This document shows positions 1 to 8,100 of a stretch of DNA of 32,000 nt, one piece after another. A program made the translations under genes and the position numbers. The number at the start of each line of letters is the position of its first letter. Within the stretch, counting starts at the first letter, position 1. Source of the stretch: Sulfolobus acidocaldarius DSM 639 (lineage in GTDB: Archaea; Thermoproteota; Thermoprotei_A; Sulfolobales; Sulfolobaceae); the NCBI RefSeq assembly GCF_000012285.1, contig NC_007181.1:300001-332000 (forward strand). Direction: 5' to 3'. Under the pieces are notes generated by a model. That model had not been told where the DNA came from and did no database searches. It worked only from the letters and a program-made list of their open reading frames with translations.

Positions 1-73
1 ATAAACTAGAAATTAAAAATATTTCAATCCAATTGTTTTCCTCTGGTCAAGAGGTAGCCAACAGCCTTACTCT

Positions 74-883
74 TCAGAACGGAGAGGAGGTAGACTCTGG
101 GCTCTGCTTCATTGTTTTAAATTCATAATCATATATTATCATGACATCTGAATCCTTATCAACCTCTCTGGCGCCATTAATATACTTCTTAGCTCCTTCC
201 ACATTATCAGCATAACAAACAGTTATTCCAGCATAACCATCAGTAAATTGCCACAATTTACATTCCTGTAAAACGGGTGATATGTCCTCAATTCTCTTAG
301 AGAACATGGAGAATATAACTATGTCTGCCCTTCCTAGATTAATTTCTGGCACTATCAAAATCATCCCTCTGAATCTCATATGCCTGATATGTTTTTCTAT
401 AACTCTAGTGTTGATGCCTAACTTTTTAGAAATTTCCGAAGAAGCTAGCCTAGGGTCTTCCTTCAACATTTCAACAATCTTCTTATCTAAACTTGAGGGT
501 TTGAGCTTATACTGAACAGGTAAATAAGTTAACACAGGATCTCCCAGTTCCTTACGCATATACTCTATCCTATCCTTTAACTCAGTTTGACTTGAACCAT
601 ATATGCCGTAGACATTAAGCCATTCTAGACATCTTAGCTTAAAGGAAATCCAATCAGCGTCTATCTCCTTGTAATTCTTAAAGGCAATATACAGTTGATA
701 TTGACCATAAAAGTTAGGGTTAATATATAACTTAAATCCCTTTAAAATATTGCTATCTATAAGTTTTCGGAACCTATAATTTAAACTTGCAGGCGTCAAG
801 TTAAGCAGACTTGCTATTCTTCTCTGTGATATTCTGCCATCTTTGAGAAAAAATGAAAGAATTCTCTTATCTACTATATCCAT
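74..883 (-). CDS. Transcriptional regulator with two AsnC/Lrp-like winged HTH segments
   Basis: N-terminus MDIVDKRILSFFLKDGRISQRRIASLLNLTPASLNYRFRKL is an AsnC-type HTH. A second HTH-like segment (SSLDKKIVEMLKEDPRLASSEISKKLGINTRVIEKHIRHM) follows mid-protein. Confidence 0.75.
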   Translation of the reverse strand: MDIVDKRILSFFLKDGRISQRRIASLLNLTPASLNYRFRKLIDSNILKGFKLYINPNFYGQYQLYIAFKNYKEIDADWISFKLRCLEWLNVYGIYGSSQTELKDRIEYMRKELGDPVLTYLPVQYKLKPSSLDKKIVEMLKEDPRLASSEISKKLGINTRVIEKHIRHMRFRGMILIVPEINLGRADIVIFSMFSKRIEDISPVLQECKLWQFTDGYAGITVCYADNVEGAKKYINGAREVDKDSDVMIIYDYEFKTMKQSPESTSSPF

Positions 884-887
884 GGAA

Positions 888-1091
888 TCACACTTTCTTA
901 ATGTTTTGTTTTATCTTTTCTGCTACGTCTGATGGAATTTCTTTCATACCGTGGGCAGTCTTAGCATGGACCTTCAGTATTTCTAGCACTTCCTGTTCAG
1001 AGGACGCATTCTTTACTTCAAATCCACAGTTCATTCCTACGCTACTACAACTAAATTCGTACTTCTTCTTCTTGCCAAATCCAAATACCAT
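888..1091 (-). CDS. Small DUF1059-like protein, single domain
   Basis: YEFSCSSVGMNCGFEVKNASSEQEVLEILKVHAKTAHGMKEIPSDVAEKIKQNIKK. Same domain as the ORF at 1187..1546. Ends 4 nt before the regulator ORF. Confidence 0.75.
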   Translation of the reverse strand: MVFGFGKKKKYEFSCSSVGMNCGFEVKNASSEQEVLEILKVHAKTAHGMKEIPSDVAEKIKQNIKKV

Positions 1092-1186
1092 ATATTATAA
1101 TTCCGTGAAAGATATATTTATTAATTCATTAAAACTATTCAAACGCCTCTATATATATTTAAAAAACTAATGTTATGTGATAGTAA

Positions 1187-1546
1187 ATGGTAAAGTACAC
1201 CTTCAAATGTGCGGATGTAGGAATGGACTGCGGATTCGAAATAGTTAATGCTGGAAGTGAAGACGAACTGTTAGAAGCACTTAAATCCCACGCAAAAATG
1301 TCACATGGACTAACATCAATACCACCTGATCTAGTAAACAAAATAAAGCAAAACATAAAGAAGAGCGGAAAATACTATTTCGCCTGTAGCAGTGTTGGAA
1401 TGGACTGCGGATTTGAAATAAAGGCAGCATCTTCAGAACAAGAGTTATTAGAAGAGCTCATGGCTCATGCAAAGATGTCACACGGACTAACATCAATACC
1501 ACAAGATACCCTAAACAAGATAAAACAAAATATCAAAGTAATGTAA
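1187..1546 (+). CDS. DUF1059-like protein with tandem duplicated domain
   Basis: Two copies of F-x-C-x4-G-x-D-CGFE...HAKMSHGLTSIPxD...NKIKQNIK in one 119-aa ORF. Confidence 0.8.
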   Translation: MVKYTFKCADVGMDCGFEIVNAGSEDELLEALKSHAKMSHGLTSIPPDLVNKIKQNIKKSGKYYFACSSVGMDCGFEIKAASSEQELLEELMAHAKMSHGLTSIPQDTLNKIKQNIKVM

Positions 1547-1550
1547 GAAG

Positions 1551-1567
1551 TTTTTTATTCTTTTTTA
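1551..1567 (+). terminator. T-rich tract, likely terminator of the 1187..1546 gene
   Basis: ttttttattcttttttacc starts a few nt after the stop codon. U-rich tracts terminate archaeal transcription. Confidence 0.5.
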
Positions 1568-1628
1568 CCTTATATTCAATAGAATAAATATACACTCTCG
1601 GAAGTGACTATTGGTTCTCGAACTATAT

Positions 1629-2027
1629 TTATACATGGAAGAATTCAGGTTTAAATATCATAACGTAAAACAAAAAGAGTGTAACGAGTATGTAGAGTAC
1701 AGATACAAACCTCATCCTCCTTCTGAACTCAACTAGTCCCCTATAAGTAAGTCTATAGTGGTAAAATTCCAAGAAAAGGAGGAAGGGAGATATAATAAAG
1801 GCATAATAAGCCCACTTGGGAAATCCTAACTCCATCCACATATAAGCTCCCGATAAAGCGATAACAAACAAGGATATGATCTCGATAAAAACTAACTTTC
1901 TATAGGCTACCAGTATTCGTGAATCTGATAATTTCATAAATTCAATGAGATAATAAGCTCCAGTACTAAGACCAGCCCATCCTATAACTCCTAGCAAGTG
2001 GATGTACAACATTAATTCATAGAACAC
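1629..2027 (-). CDS. Four-TM membrane protein (CopD/DUF2269-like)
   Basis: Hydrophobic ORF MFYELMLYIHLLGVIGWAGLSTGAYYLIEF... with several predicted TM segments and a conserved-looking His in TM1. Confidence 0.5.
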   Translation of the reverse strand: MFYELMLYIHLLGVIGWAGLSTGAYYLIEFMKLSDSRILVAYRKLVFIEIISLFVIALSGAYMWMELGFPKWAYYAFIISPFLLFLEFYHYRLTYRGLVEFRRRMRFVSVLYILVTLFLFYVMIFKPEFFHV

Positions 2028-2191
2028 ATTGAATTAGTCTGATCATTCTTTAAAAGAATTTATAAAACTGTGATGGACAATCTACCTTAATCTTGGTGAT
2101 CCTATCAATGTTTCAGTTCACAGAACTGTGGAGAGAAAAACAGAGAGAACTTTTATGCGTTTTAACTTAGACAGTAAGATTAATTTTTAGT

Positions 2192-3019
2192 TCATGATAT
2201 ATATCTACTTTCAATCTCTGGCAAAACCATAACTACCTGTGATGCCTGGAGGCTACTGGATGATTGAGATGTAGTAGTGGTCGAAGATGTACTGTTCAAG
2301 AAAACATTACAGACATTTGTAGGTTTCCCGCCGTCAATTTGGCAAATATATTTAGTAATTAGATTAGCCTGCGCATACACTTGTAGATATATTTGACTAT
2401 TTGGATCATTAAGCTGGCTTATAACGTAATTCCAATCGTGCCCTGACATGAGACCGGGATTAATTGAAGTACCTACCTGATAATAATACCCTATTATGAT
2501 GAACGGTATCTGACCCTTACCATATTGGGTCCACATTTGATAAATATTGGTAGGAACGGGTTCTAACTGACTTCCATTTCTAGCCTCGTACTCTATCCCT
2601 ATAAAAGATATATATGGGCTAGTGTAGTTAGCCTTCACAAAAGTGAAGGTAGGCGTATTAGGATAAACGTCTGTGGAACTAGATTGCATATACTCTAAGC
2701 CTGTAAAGTTTCCGAACCTAAGAAGAGCTAATATTAGAGCCCATCGTTCAACTGCACAATAGGGACACCATTCAGCTCCTACGTATATTACCGCAGGTTT
2801 ACCCTCTGATGAAAAGTTTAATGGAAGAACCTGTAAATTAGTAGGATAAGCTTGTACATTATAACCCTGTTTACTTAACTCAACTAACTCTGGATATATG
2901 GAGATATTCTTACCTAAAGACGATGAATTGTTTGAAGAAGACAGTGAAACACCTATAATGACTCCAGTTATAATTACTAGTAAAACTATAACAATAATCT
3001 TGTAATACTTAGATGGCAT
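2192..3019 (-). CDS. Membrane-anchored DUF929-like, thioredoxin-fold protein
   Basis: N-terminal TM anchor, then VIYVGAEWCPYCAVERWALILALLRFGNF with a CPYC motif, characteristic of crenarchaeal DUF929 proteins. Confidence 0.7.
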   Translation of the reverse strand: MPSKYYKIIVIVLLVIITGVIIGVSLSSSNNSSSLGKNISIYPELVELSKQGYNVQAYPTNLQVLPLNFSSEGKPAVIYVGAEWCPYCAVERWALILALLRFGNFTGLEYMQSSSTDVYPNTPTFTFVKANYTSPYISFIGIEYEARNGSQLEPVPTNIYQMWTQYGKGQIPFIIIGYYYQVGTSINPGLMSGHDWNYVISQLNDPNSQIYLQVYAQANLITKYICQIDGGKPTNVCNVFLNSTSSTTTTSQSSSSLQASQVVMVLPEIESRYIS

Positions 3020-3120
3020 ACTTAGGTTTATTCATAAAATCCGATATATTAGTTTGTCGTTAGAAAATTTTTAACTAATTCTTAAGTAAGAAAATATACG
3101 CTATCATATTTGATTGGAAA

Positions 3121-4209
3121 ATGAGTAAACACAAGAAAAATACTAGAGCGGTATCTAACGCTGTATTTGTAGCGGTAGCCGTAATCCTTATTATAATTGC
3201 GGCTGTAGGTTTCGCACTATATGCCACCAAGCCTTCGACCACATCAACTGTTACTACTACAGTGCCAACAACTGTGGTTTCTACAGTAACCACACCGGGA
3301 ATGACAACCACCTCTACACAGACAGTTACCGCAACACAGACAGTCACGTCTACACAGACTCAAACAGTTACTTCTACTTTGACTAAGCCTGTTACTGTTA
3401 ACTCCTCTGGTGCCTTTTACAATGGCCAAGTAATAACGTTCCAGTATACTGCCCAGTTCATGTGTACACCCCCTGCCACAACGTTCTTCCCCAATGAGAC
3501 TAACCAGAGCAAGGCTGCAATGGGCTGTGAAGTCGGTGCTGGTAATATTTCAGCGTTCCCCAAGAACGCTGCACCAGTGTTTGTTTTAGTCCCTGCTTTT
3601 GCAGGTCTCTCAATATTTGGTCCCACACAACTTAATGCAACACCCCAGGGATTCCCAACATTTACCTACAACAATGTGACTTATGTTATTACCACCCAAT
3701 GTGGTGCTGCTGGGACAATGACTGCCTGTCCTGACCACATGACCTACATCTACTCACCAGCATTTACTGCTGTTGAGCAGGCTTTGGGTATTAAGAACGG
3801 TGTGTTTAACCTACCAGAGGGTGTTTTACCAACACCAGCCCACGACCACTTGGTCACATTTACCACAAACCAGAGTATCCCATGGTATATTGTCGTTGTG
3901 TTAGTGTTTGACCCCAACATATTCCCCAACCCAATAACAGGCCAATGCCAGGCTATAGTGCCATCAAACACTACTAACCCAACAGCTAACTGTTTGAACA
4001 ATATTCAGGCTCTTGAGAACGCAATGATGACCTATGATAGTGCAGTTGGAATGGCTAATGCTAAGAACCCAATATGGACTACACTAGTTAACACTGACTT
4101 ACAGGTTGTTGTGCCAGGTATAACATCACCAAGTCAATTAATGTCAGCTACGAACTCTAACATGGTGTTATACTTTAGCGACCCAGCAATCTACCCATAC
4201 CCAATATAA
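3121..4209 (+). CDS. Extracytoplasmic protein: N-terminal TM, Thr/Ser/Val/Gln-rich linker, C-terminal domain with six Cys
   Basis: RAVSNAVFVAVAVILIIIAAVGFALYATK followed by TSTQTVTATQTVTSTQTQTVTSTLTKPVTV and an Asn-sequon-rich domain. Confidence 0.7.
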   Translation: MSKHKKNTRAVSNAVFVAVAVILIIIAAVGFALYATKPSTTSTVTTTVPTTVVSTVTTPGMTTTSTQTVTATQTVTSTQTQTVTSTLTKPVTVNSSGAFYNGQVITFQYTAQFMCTPPATTFFPNETNQSKAAMGCEVGAGNISAFPKNAAPVFVLVPAFAGLSIFGPTQLNATPQGFPTFTYNNVTYVITTQCGAAGTMTACPDHMTYIYSPAFTAVEQALGIKNGVFNLPEGVLPTPAHDHLVTFTTNQSIPWYIVVVLVFDPNIFPNPITGQCQAIVPSNTTNPTANCLNNIQALENAMMTYDSAVGMANAKNPIWTTLVNTDLQVVVPGITSPSQLMSATNSNMVLYFSDPAIYPYPI

Positions 4210-4256
4210 AACAACAACAAACATGAATATTAAATCCATATATTAAGTAAATTATA

Positions 4257-4264
4257 ATTTTTTT
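4257..4264 (+). terminator. T-tract terminator downstream of the secreted protein gene
   Basis: ataattttttttatatt about 50 nt after the stop, in a convergent spacer. Confidence 0.35.
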
Positions 4265-4320
4265 ATATTAAACAAAAAATTTCCATTTTTGTCCTATAGG
4301 AACAAATGAATACATTAATC

Positions 4321-5724
4321 TTACCATGATATATTTTCCACAGTTTTTGCTATTTTCAGCAGTGCCTCATCATGATAAATTTTACCTATTATTTGTAAAC
4401 CTATTGGTAATCCACTCAATTTAACTGAAGGAATACTAATTGCTGGAAAACCAAGTAGGTTAACAAACCCGGTATATTTAATAATGGTTCTCCTATAATC
4501 TAGCTCCTTACCCATTATCTCATTAGTTTTTGGAGGAAGTATAGGCACCGTTGGGGTTATCACAGCATCAACGTGATTGAAAAGTCTAAGAAAATCACTA
4601 ATTAAATACTTTCTGGATATCATGGATTGAATATATTCGTGAGCAGGAATTGACATACCATTTCTGATCAGCTCTGCCACATCCCTGGGATAATCATCCT
4701 CCCTAGACATGAATAAATCTTTGTGAAATGCAGCTGCCTCAGCAAGTCTTATAGTTGTAGTGATTTTATGAGAAGTCTCTATATCGAAGTTTACACGTTC
4801 TGTCTTAAAGCCTTCGGAGTCAAGTTTTGAAACCACATTATCTAAAAATTCTTTCTCGACCTCAGTCTGGCTTTCTTGTACTAATATGCCTAACGTGATC
4901 CTTCGAGGTTCTACACCTTGAGCTACGTTATCTATGTTTATTCTTGGGATATTGACTGTCGAAGAGTCGTTCTCGTCATAACCCATTATAAAGTAGGAGA
5001 TCAGTGCAACGTCTAAAACGGTTTTGCTTAAAACACCTATGGTATCTAGAGACCAAGCAGTTGGAAACAATCCGTATCTGCTTACGAGACCATTACTGGG
5101 TTTATACCCTATCACACCACAGAACGAGGCGGGAACTCTTACTGACCCAACTGTGTCGGTACCTAATGAGATAGGAACAGAGCCAAAGGCTACTGATGAC
5201 GCTGAACCTCCGCTAGAGCCACCTGTTATCCTTTCAGTATCTAAAGGATTTCTTGTAGGTCCAAACTCCGAGACGAGATTACTGACCCCTGACGCAAAAG
5301 CATGGAGATTGTTTTTACCGACAATTATGGCATCTGCCTCAAGTAGTTTGTTGATAACAGTAGCGTTATAATTAGGATAAAATTCTCTGAAGATCTTACT
5401 GGCTATTGTTGTTCTTATGCCTTTGGTAAATATGTTGTCTTTTACTGCGATAGGTAAACCCGATAAGGGACCAGTAGGTATTCCTCTTTTAATATGCTCC
5501 TCTAATTTCTCAGCATGTCTAAGAGCCTCATCTTTAATAATTGTTATATAGCTGTTGAACTTTTCAGCGTCAGTTTTCATTTTATCTAGTGTATGCTGAA
5601 TTAAATCTACAGGACTTTGATTCCTATTAATAATGTCATTTAAGGTGAGAATTACCTCTGGCTTCGGTCTGATATAGTCTGGACCTATAATTTTTTGAAT
5701 ATCGTTCATGATTTTAGTAGACAT
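4321..5724 (-). CDS. Amidase signature family hydrolase
   Basis: Contains PIAVKDNI, GGSSGGSASSVAFG and LGTDTVGSVRVPASFCGVIGYKPSNG, the Ser-Ser-Lys catalytic motifs. Confidence 0.9.
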   Translation of the reverse strand: MSTKIMNDIQKIIGPDYIRPKPEVILTLNDIINRNQSPVDLIQHTLDKMKTDAEKFNSYITIIKDEALRHAEKLEEHIKRGIPTGPLSGLPIAVKDNIFTKGIRTTIASKIFREFYPNYNATVINKLLEADAIIVGKNNLHAFASGVSNLVSEFGPTRNPLDTERITGGSSGGSASSVAFGSVPISLGTDTVGSVRVPASFCGVIGYKPSNGLVSRYGLFPTAWSLDTIGVLSKTVLDVALISYFIMGYDENDSSTVNIPRINIDNVAQGVEPRRITLGILVQESQTEVEKEFLDNVVSKLDSEGFKTERVNFDIETSHKITTTIRLAEAAAFHKDLFMSREDDYPRDVAELIRNGMSIPAHEYIQSMISRKYLISDFLRLFNHVDAVITPTVPILPPKTNEIMGKELDYRRTIIKYTGFVNLLGFPAISIPSVKLSGLPIGLQIIGKIYHDEALLKIAKTVENISW

Positions 5725-5916
5725 GATATTTTACCTTAAAACCGTAATAATTAAACATAAAATATTTTTCTTATCATGAAAATCGCAGAAGGCTATATAA
5801 AGAAATTTAATACTTCAACATTACCATTATTATTATCGAAGCCTAAGAATAGCGGAAAAACTCCACATGAAAGAAATTTAGGCTATTATAAAAGATCTTC
5901 TAAAGTTGAAATGCAA

Positions 5917-5930
5917 CAAAAAATAAAAAC
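5917..5930 (-). terminator. T-rich terminator of sac7e
   Basis: On the minus strand GTTTTTATTTTTTG lies shortly downstream of the stop, after an earlier CTTTTT. Confidence 0.4.
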
Positions 5931-5964
5931 TTTTGACATTTAAAAAGCCCTTTATACCTTCCCC

Positions 5965-6162
5965 TTACTTCTTCTTTTCTGCTCTTGCTAACATGTCCAT
6001 TAGTTCTTTTGGAGCGTCTTTTTCGCTTACAGCTCCTCTACCTGTCTTACCATTGTCGTCATAGGTAAAGGACACCATTTTGCCAACTCTCCAGACCTTC
6101 TTTATCTTTGAAGTGTCTACTTCTTTCTCTTCACCCTTATACTTAAACCTGACTTTTGCCAT
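5965..6162 (-). CDS. sac7e: 7-kDa DNA-binding protein Sac7e (Sul7 family)
   Basis: [65 protein letters not shown], recognised as Sac7e. Confidence 0.97.
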   Translation of the reverse strand: MAKVRFKYKGEEKEVDTSKIKKVWRVGKMVSFTYDDNGKTGRGAVSEKDAPKELMDMLARAEKKK

Positions 6163-6261
6163 ATTTGTTCATGTATATCTTAAATTCGCCATTAATTAAT
6201 ATTATCATTAATATACCAGTATTACATTAATATCCAAATATCATTAGTATCACATTACAAT

Positions 6262-8028
6262 TTATTTCAAAATAGCCCTAACTTTTGTGAAATTTATCTG
6301 AGGAGTACCACCATATTCATTTATAGCATTATTTACTATACTATTTACAGGTTTGTCGTCTAAGTCAAATAACCCTGACTTATACATGTAATATACTCCT
6401 TTAGGGACACGTTCGGATATCTTAAATATAACGCGAATTTTACCGAAGTCACTCTCCAGGTAACCCTCTCCCTCATAACAACAGTTATAAACTATTGGTT
6501 TAGGTCTGTCATATATCTCGTTAAATTGGCTGTTTGTGTGATTTGGATGAGAGGAGAAAACCAGATATTCACCCACTGGTGGCTCTTTAAGTCTGGGTAA
6601 AGGATTTACCTTCACTTTCTGGAAGCCATCGTAGTACCTCTTGACCTTTACAACCTTATTCTTAACTAACTCCTCTAAACTTACACCTGTTCTTCGTATT
6701 GCATAATCTACTGCTTTCCATTCATCCTCTTCTATCAAGGGATGAGAGATACCTAGTTGTTTCGCAATTAGCCTCATCAACCTAATCTCATCAACTCCCT
6801 TAGGTTCACAAATTGGTTCATTATATACCAGGTAATCATGCCAATAACTGTAGACAACATCCCGTTTTTCAAGAAAAGTCGGTGAGGGGATAACTACGTT
6901 AGAAAGCTTAACGCTTTCATTAATGAACGGGTCATGCATAATTAATGTTAACCTACCCTCCTTTATCGCCTCCACTATCCTATCACTATTAGGTAGAGAG
7001 TGTATGGGATTAGAATTCCAGGCAAAAATAACTTTTATATTTCCCTTTTCTACTTCCTCTCCAACTTTACCCATTGGGGCAATTCTCGCTGGTTTTGAAA
7101 GATGTAATCCCCTCAAATAGCTAAAGTCTATTCCCCACCCCTGGCTGTTGGAATAGAAGAACCCCCTTCTTAGACCTAGTAAGGCTGGAATCAAAGATAT
7201 TAGTGATACTGCATCTCCGCCATAATATGTCCTTCCTAAAGCAAACCCTATGATGGTCAATGGTCTACGATCGTAGTAAAGATCTCCTAACTCTTCAATA
7301 TATTTCCTATTGAGCCCAGTTACACTCTCGATCTCATCCCAAGTATAACTATTCACGTACTCTCTGAGAGTCGCTTCATCATCTAGTATATCCGCACTTA
7401 CTCCGCGAGCGAAAATTCTCTTCATGACTCCAACTGCCAGAAATCCGTCACTGCCTGGTCTTACCAAATAGTATTTGTCACTCCTCCTTGCAGTTTCACT
7501 AATTCTCACATCCACTGTGATCTTGTATTTACTCTGTAACAATTTCCAACCGTGTATAAAGGAGACAGCACTTTCGCTACCCCAAAAAACTACACTGTCA
7601 TATTTCTCAAATTCTTCGGGCAGAGCACCAAAGGAACTACCGTAATGCGCCTTGATAGCTTCGTGACCTTCAGACGCACAAATAGAGTAGTCTATAGATA
7701 ACGTACCTAATAAATTCCACAATCTGGCTGGATAATACCAGGTAAGTAATCCTTGATTACCATCATACTCGACATGAATTATCTTGTCTTTGGGAGTCTC
7801 TTTAATAATCTTACTTATGTATTTCACAGAGTCCTCTAGGCTAGTCTCCTTTCCCTCTACCAGAGGACTTAAGACTCTATTGATCTTATTTCTCCTTAAG
7901 TCAGCATTACCTCTTGAACAGGTAAAACCCAAAAAGGGAAAAGATTTTAAAGGTTTATAATTATCATCGAAGATACACGTATCATAACAGTCCCTTGTGC
8001 AGGCAATTACCATTAAATAGTTATTCAT
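6262..8028 (-). CDS. Molybdopterin oxidoreductase family protein with N-terminal 4Fe-4S motif
   Basis: ACTRDCYDTCIFD...CSRG (C-x3-C-x3-C...C), internal IKVIFAWNSNPIHSLPNSDR and a C-terminal molydopterin-binding-like region. Confidence 0.85.
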   Translation of the reverse strand: MNNYLMVIACTRDCYDTCIFDDNYKPLKSFPFLGFTCSRGNADLRRNKINRVLSPLVEGKETSLEDSVKYISKIIKETPKDKIIHVEYDGNQGLLTWYYPARLWNLLGTLSIDYSICASEGHEAIKAHYGSSFGALPEEFEKYDSVVFWGSESAVSFIHGWKLLQSKYKITVDVRISETARRSDKYYLVRPGSDGFLAVGVMKRIFARGVSADILDDEATLREYVNSYTWDEIESVTGLNRKYIEELGDLYYDRRPLTIIGFALGRTYYGGDAVSLISLIPALLGLRRGFFYSNSQGWGIDFSYLRGLHLSKPARIAPMGKVGEEVEKGNIKVIFAWNSNPIHSLPNSDRIVEAIKEGRLTLIMHDPFINESVKLSNVVIPSPTFLEKRDVVYSYWHDYLVYNEPICEPKGVDEIRLMRLIAKQLGISHPLIEEDEWKAVDYAIRRTGVSLEELVKNKVVKVKRYYDGFQKVKVNPLPRLKEPPVGEYLVFSSHPNHTNSQFNEIYDRPKPIVYNCCYEGEGYLESDFGKIRVIFKISERVPKGVYYMYKSGLFDLDDKPVNSIVNNAINEYGGTPQINFTKVRAILK

Positions 8029-8043
8029 GCAGAATTATAAAAA

Positions 8044-8100
8044 GGTAGTGATGAGTGCGACCGTGCCTGAATTGTGATGTGATTCCTTTAACCTGACTTA
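8044..8100 (+). ncRNA. Box C/D guide sRNA candidate A
   Basis: C box GTGATGA 8048-8054, 12-nt guide gtgcgaccgtgc, D' CTGA 8067-8070, 3-nt spacer, C' GTGATGT 8074-8080, 12-nt guide gattcctttaac, D CTGA 8093-8096. Confidence 0.88.

Noticed and set aside
2070-2115. GTGATGG...GGTGATC resembling C and C' boxes in the spacer upstream of the 4-TM gene
   Set aside because: No CTGA D or D' box at the required 10-12 nt spacing.
2440-2500. ATGATGA followed by CTGA within the DUF929 gene
   Set aside because: Only about 7 nt between boxes and no C'/D pair; chance match in coding sequence.
3075-4001. Several minus-strand ORFs (3075..3347, 3244..3429, 3417..3626, 3750..4001) opposite the secreted protein gene
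   Set aside because: Low-complexity mirror translations of the repetitive Thr-rich coding strand. No start context or family resemblance.
5834-5890. AGCCTAA...TTAGGCT inverted repeat between the amidase and sac7e
   Set aside because: Seven-base stem with a loop of more than 30 nt in AT-rich DNA; insufficient to call a structured RNA.
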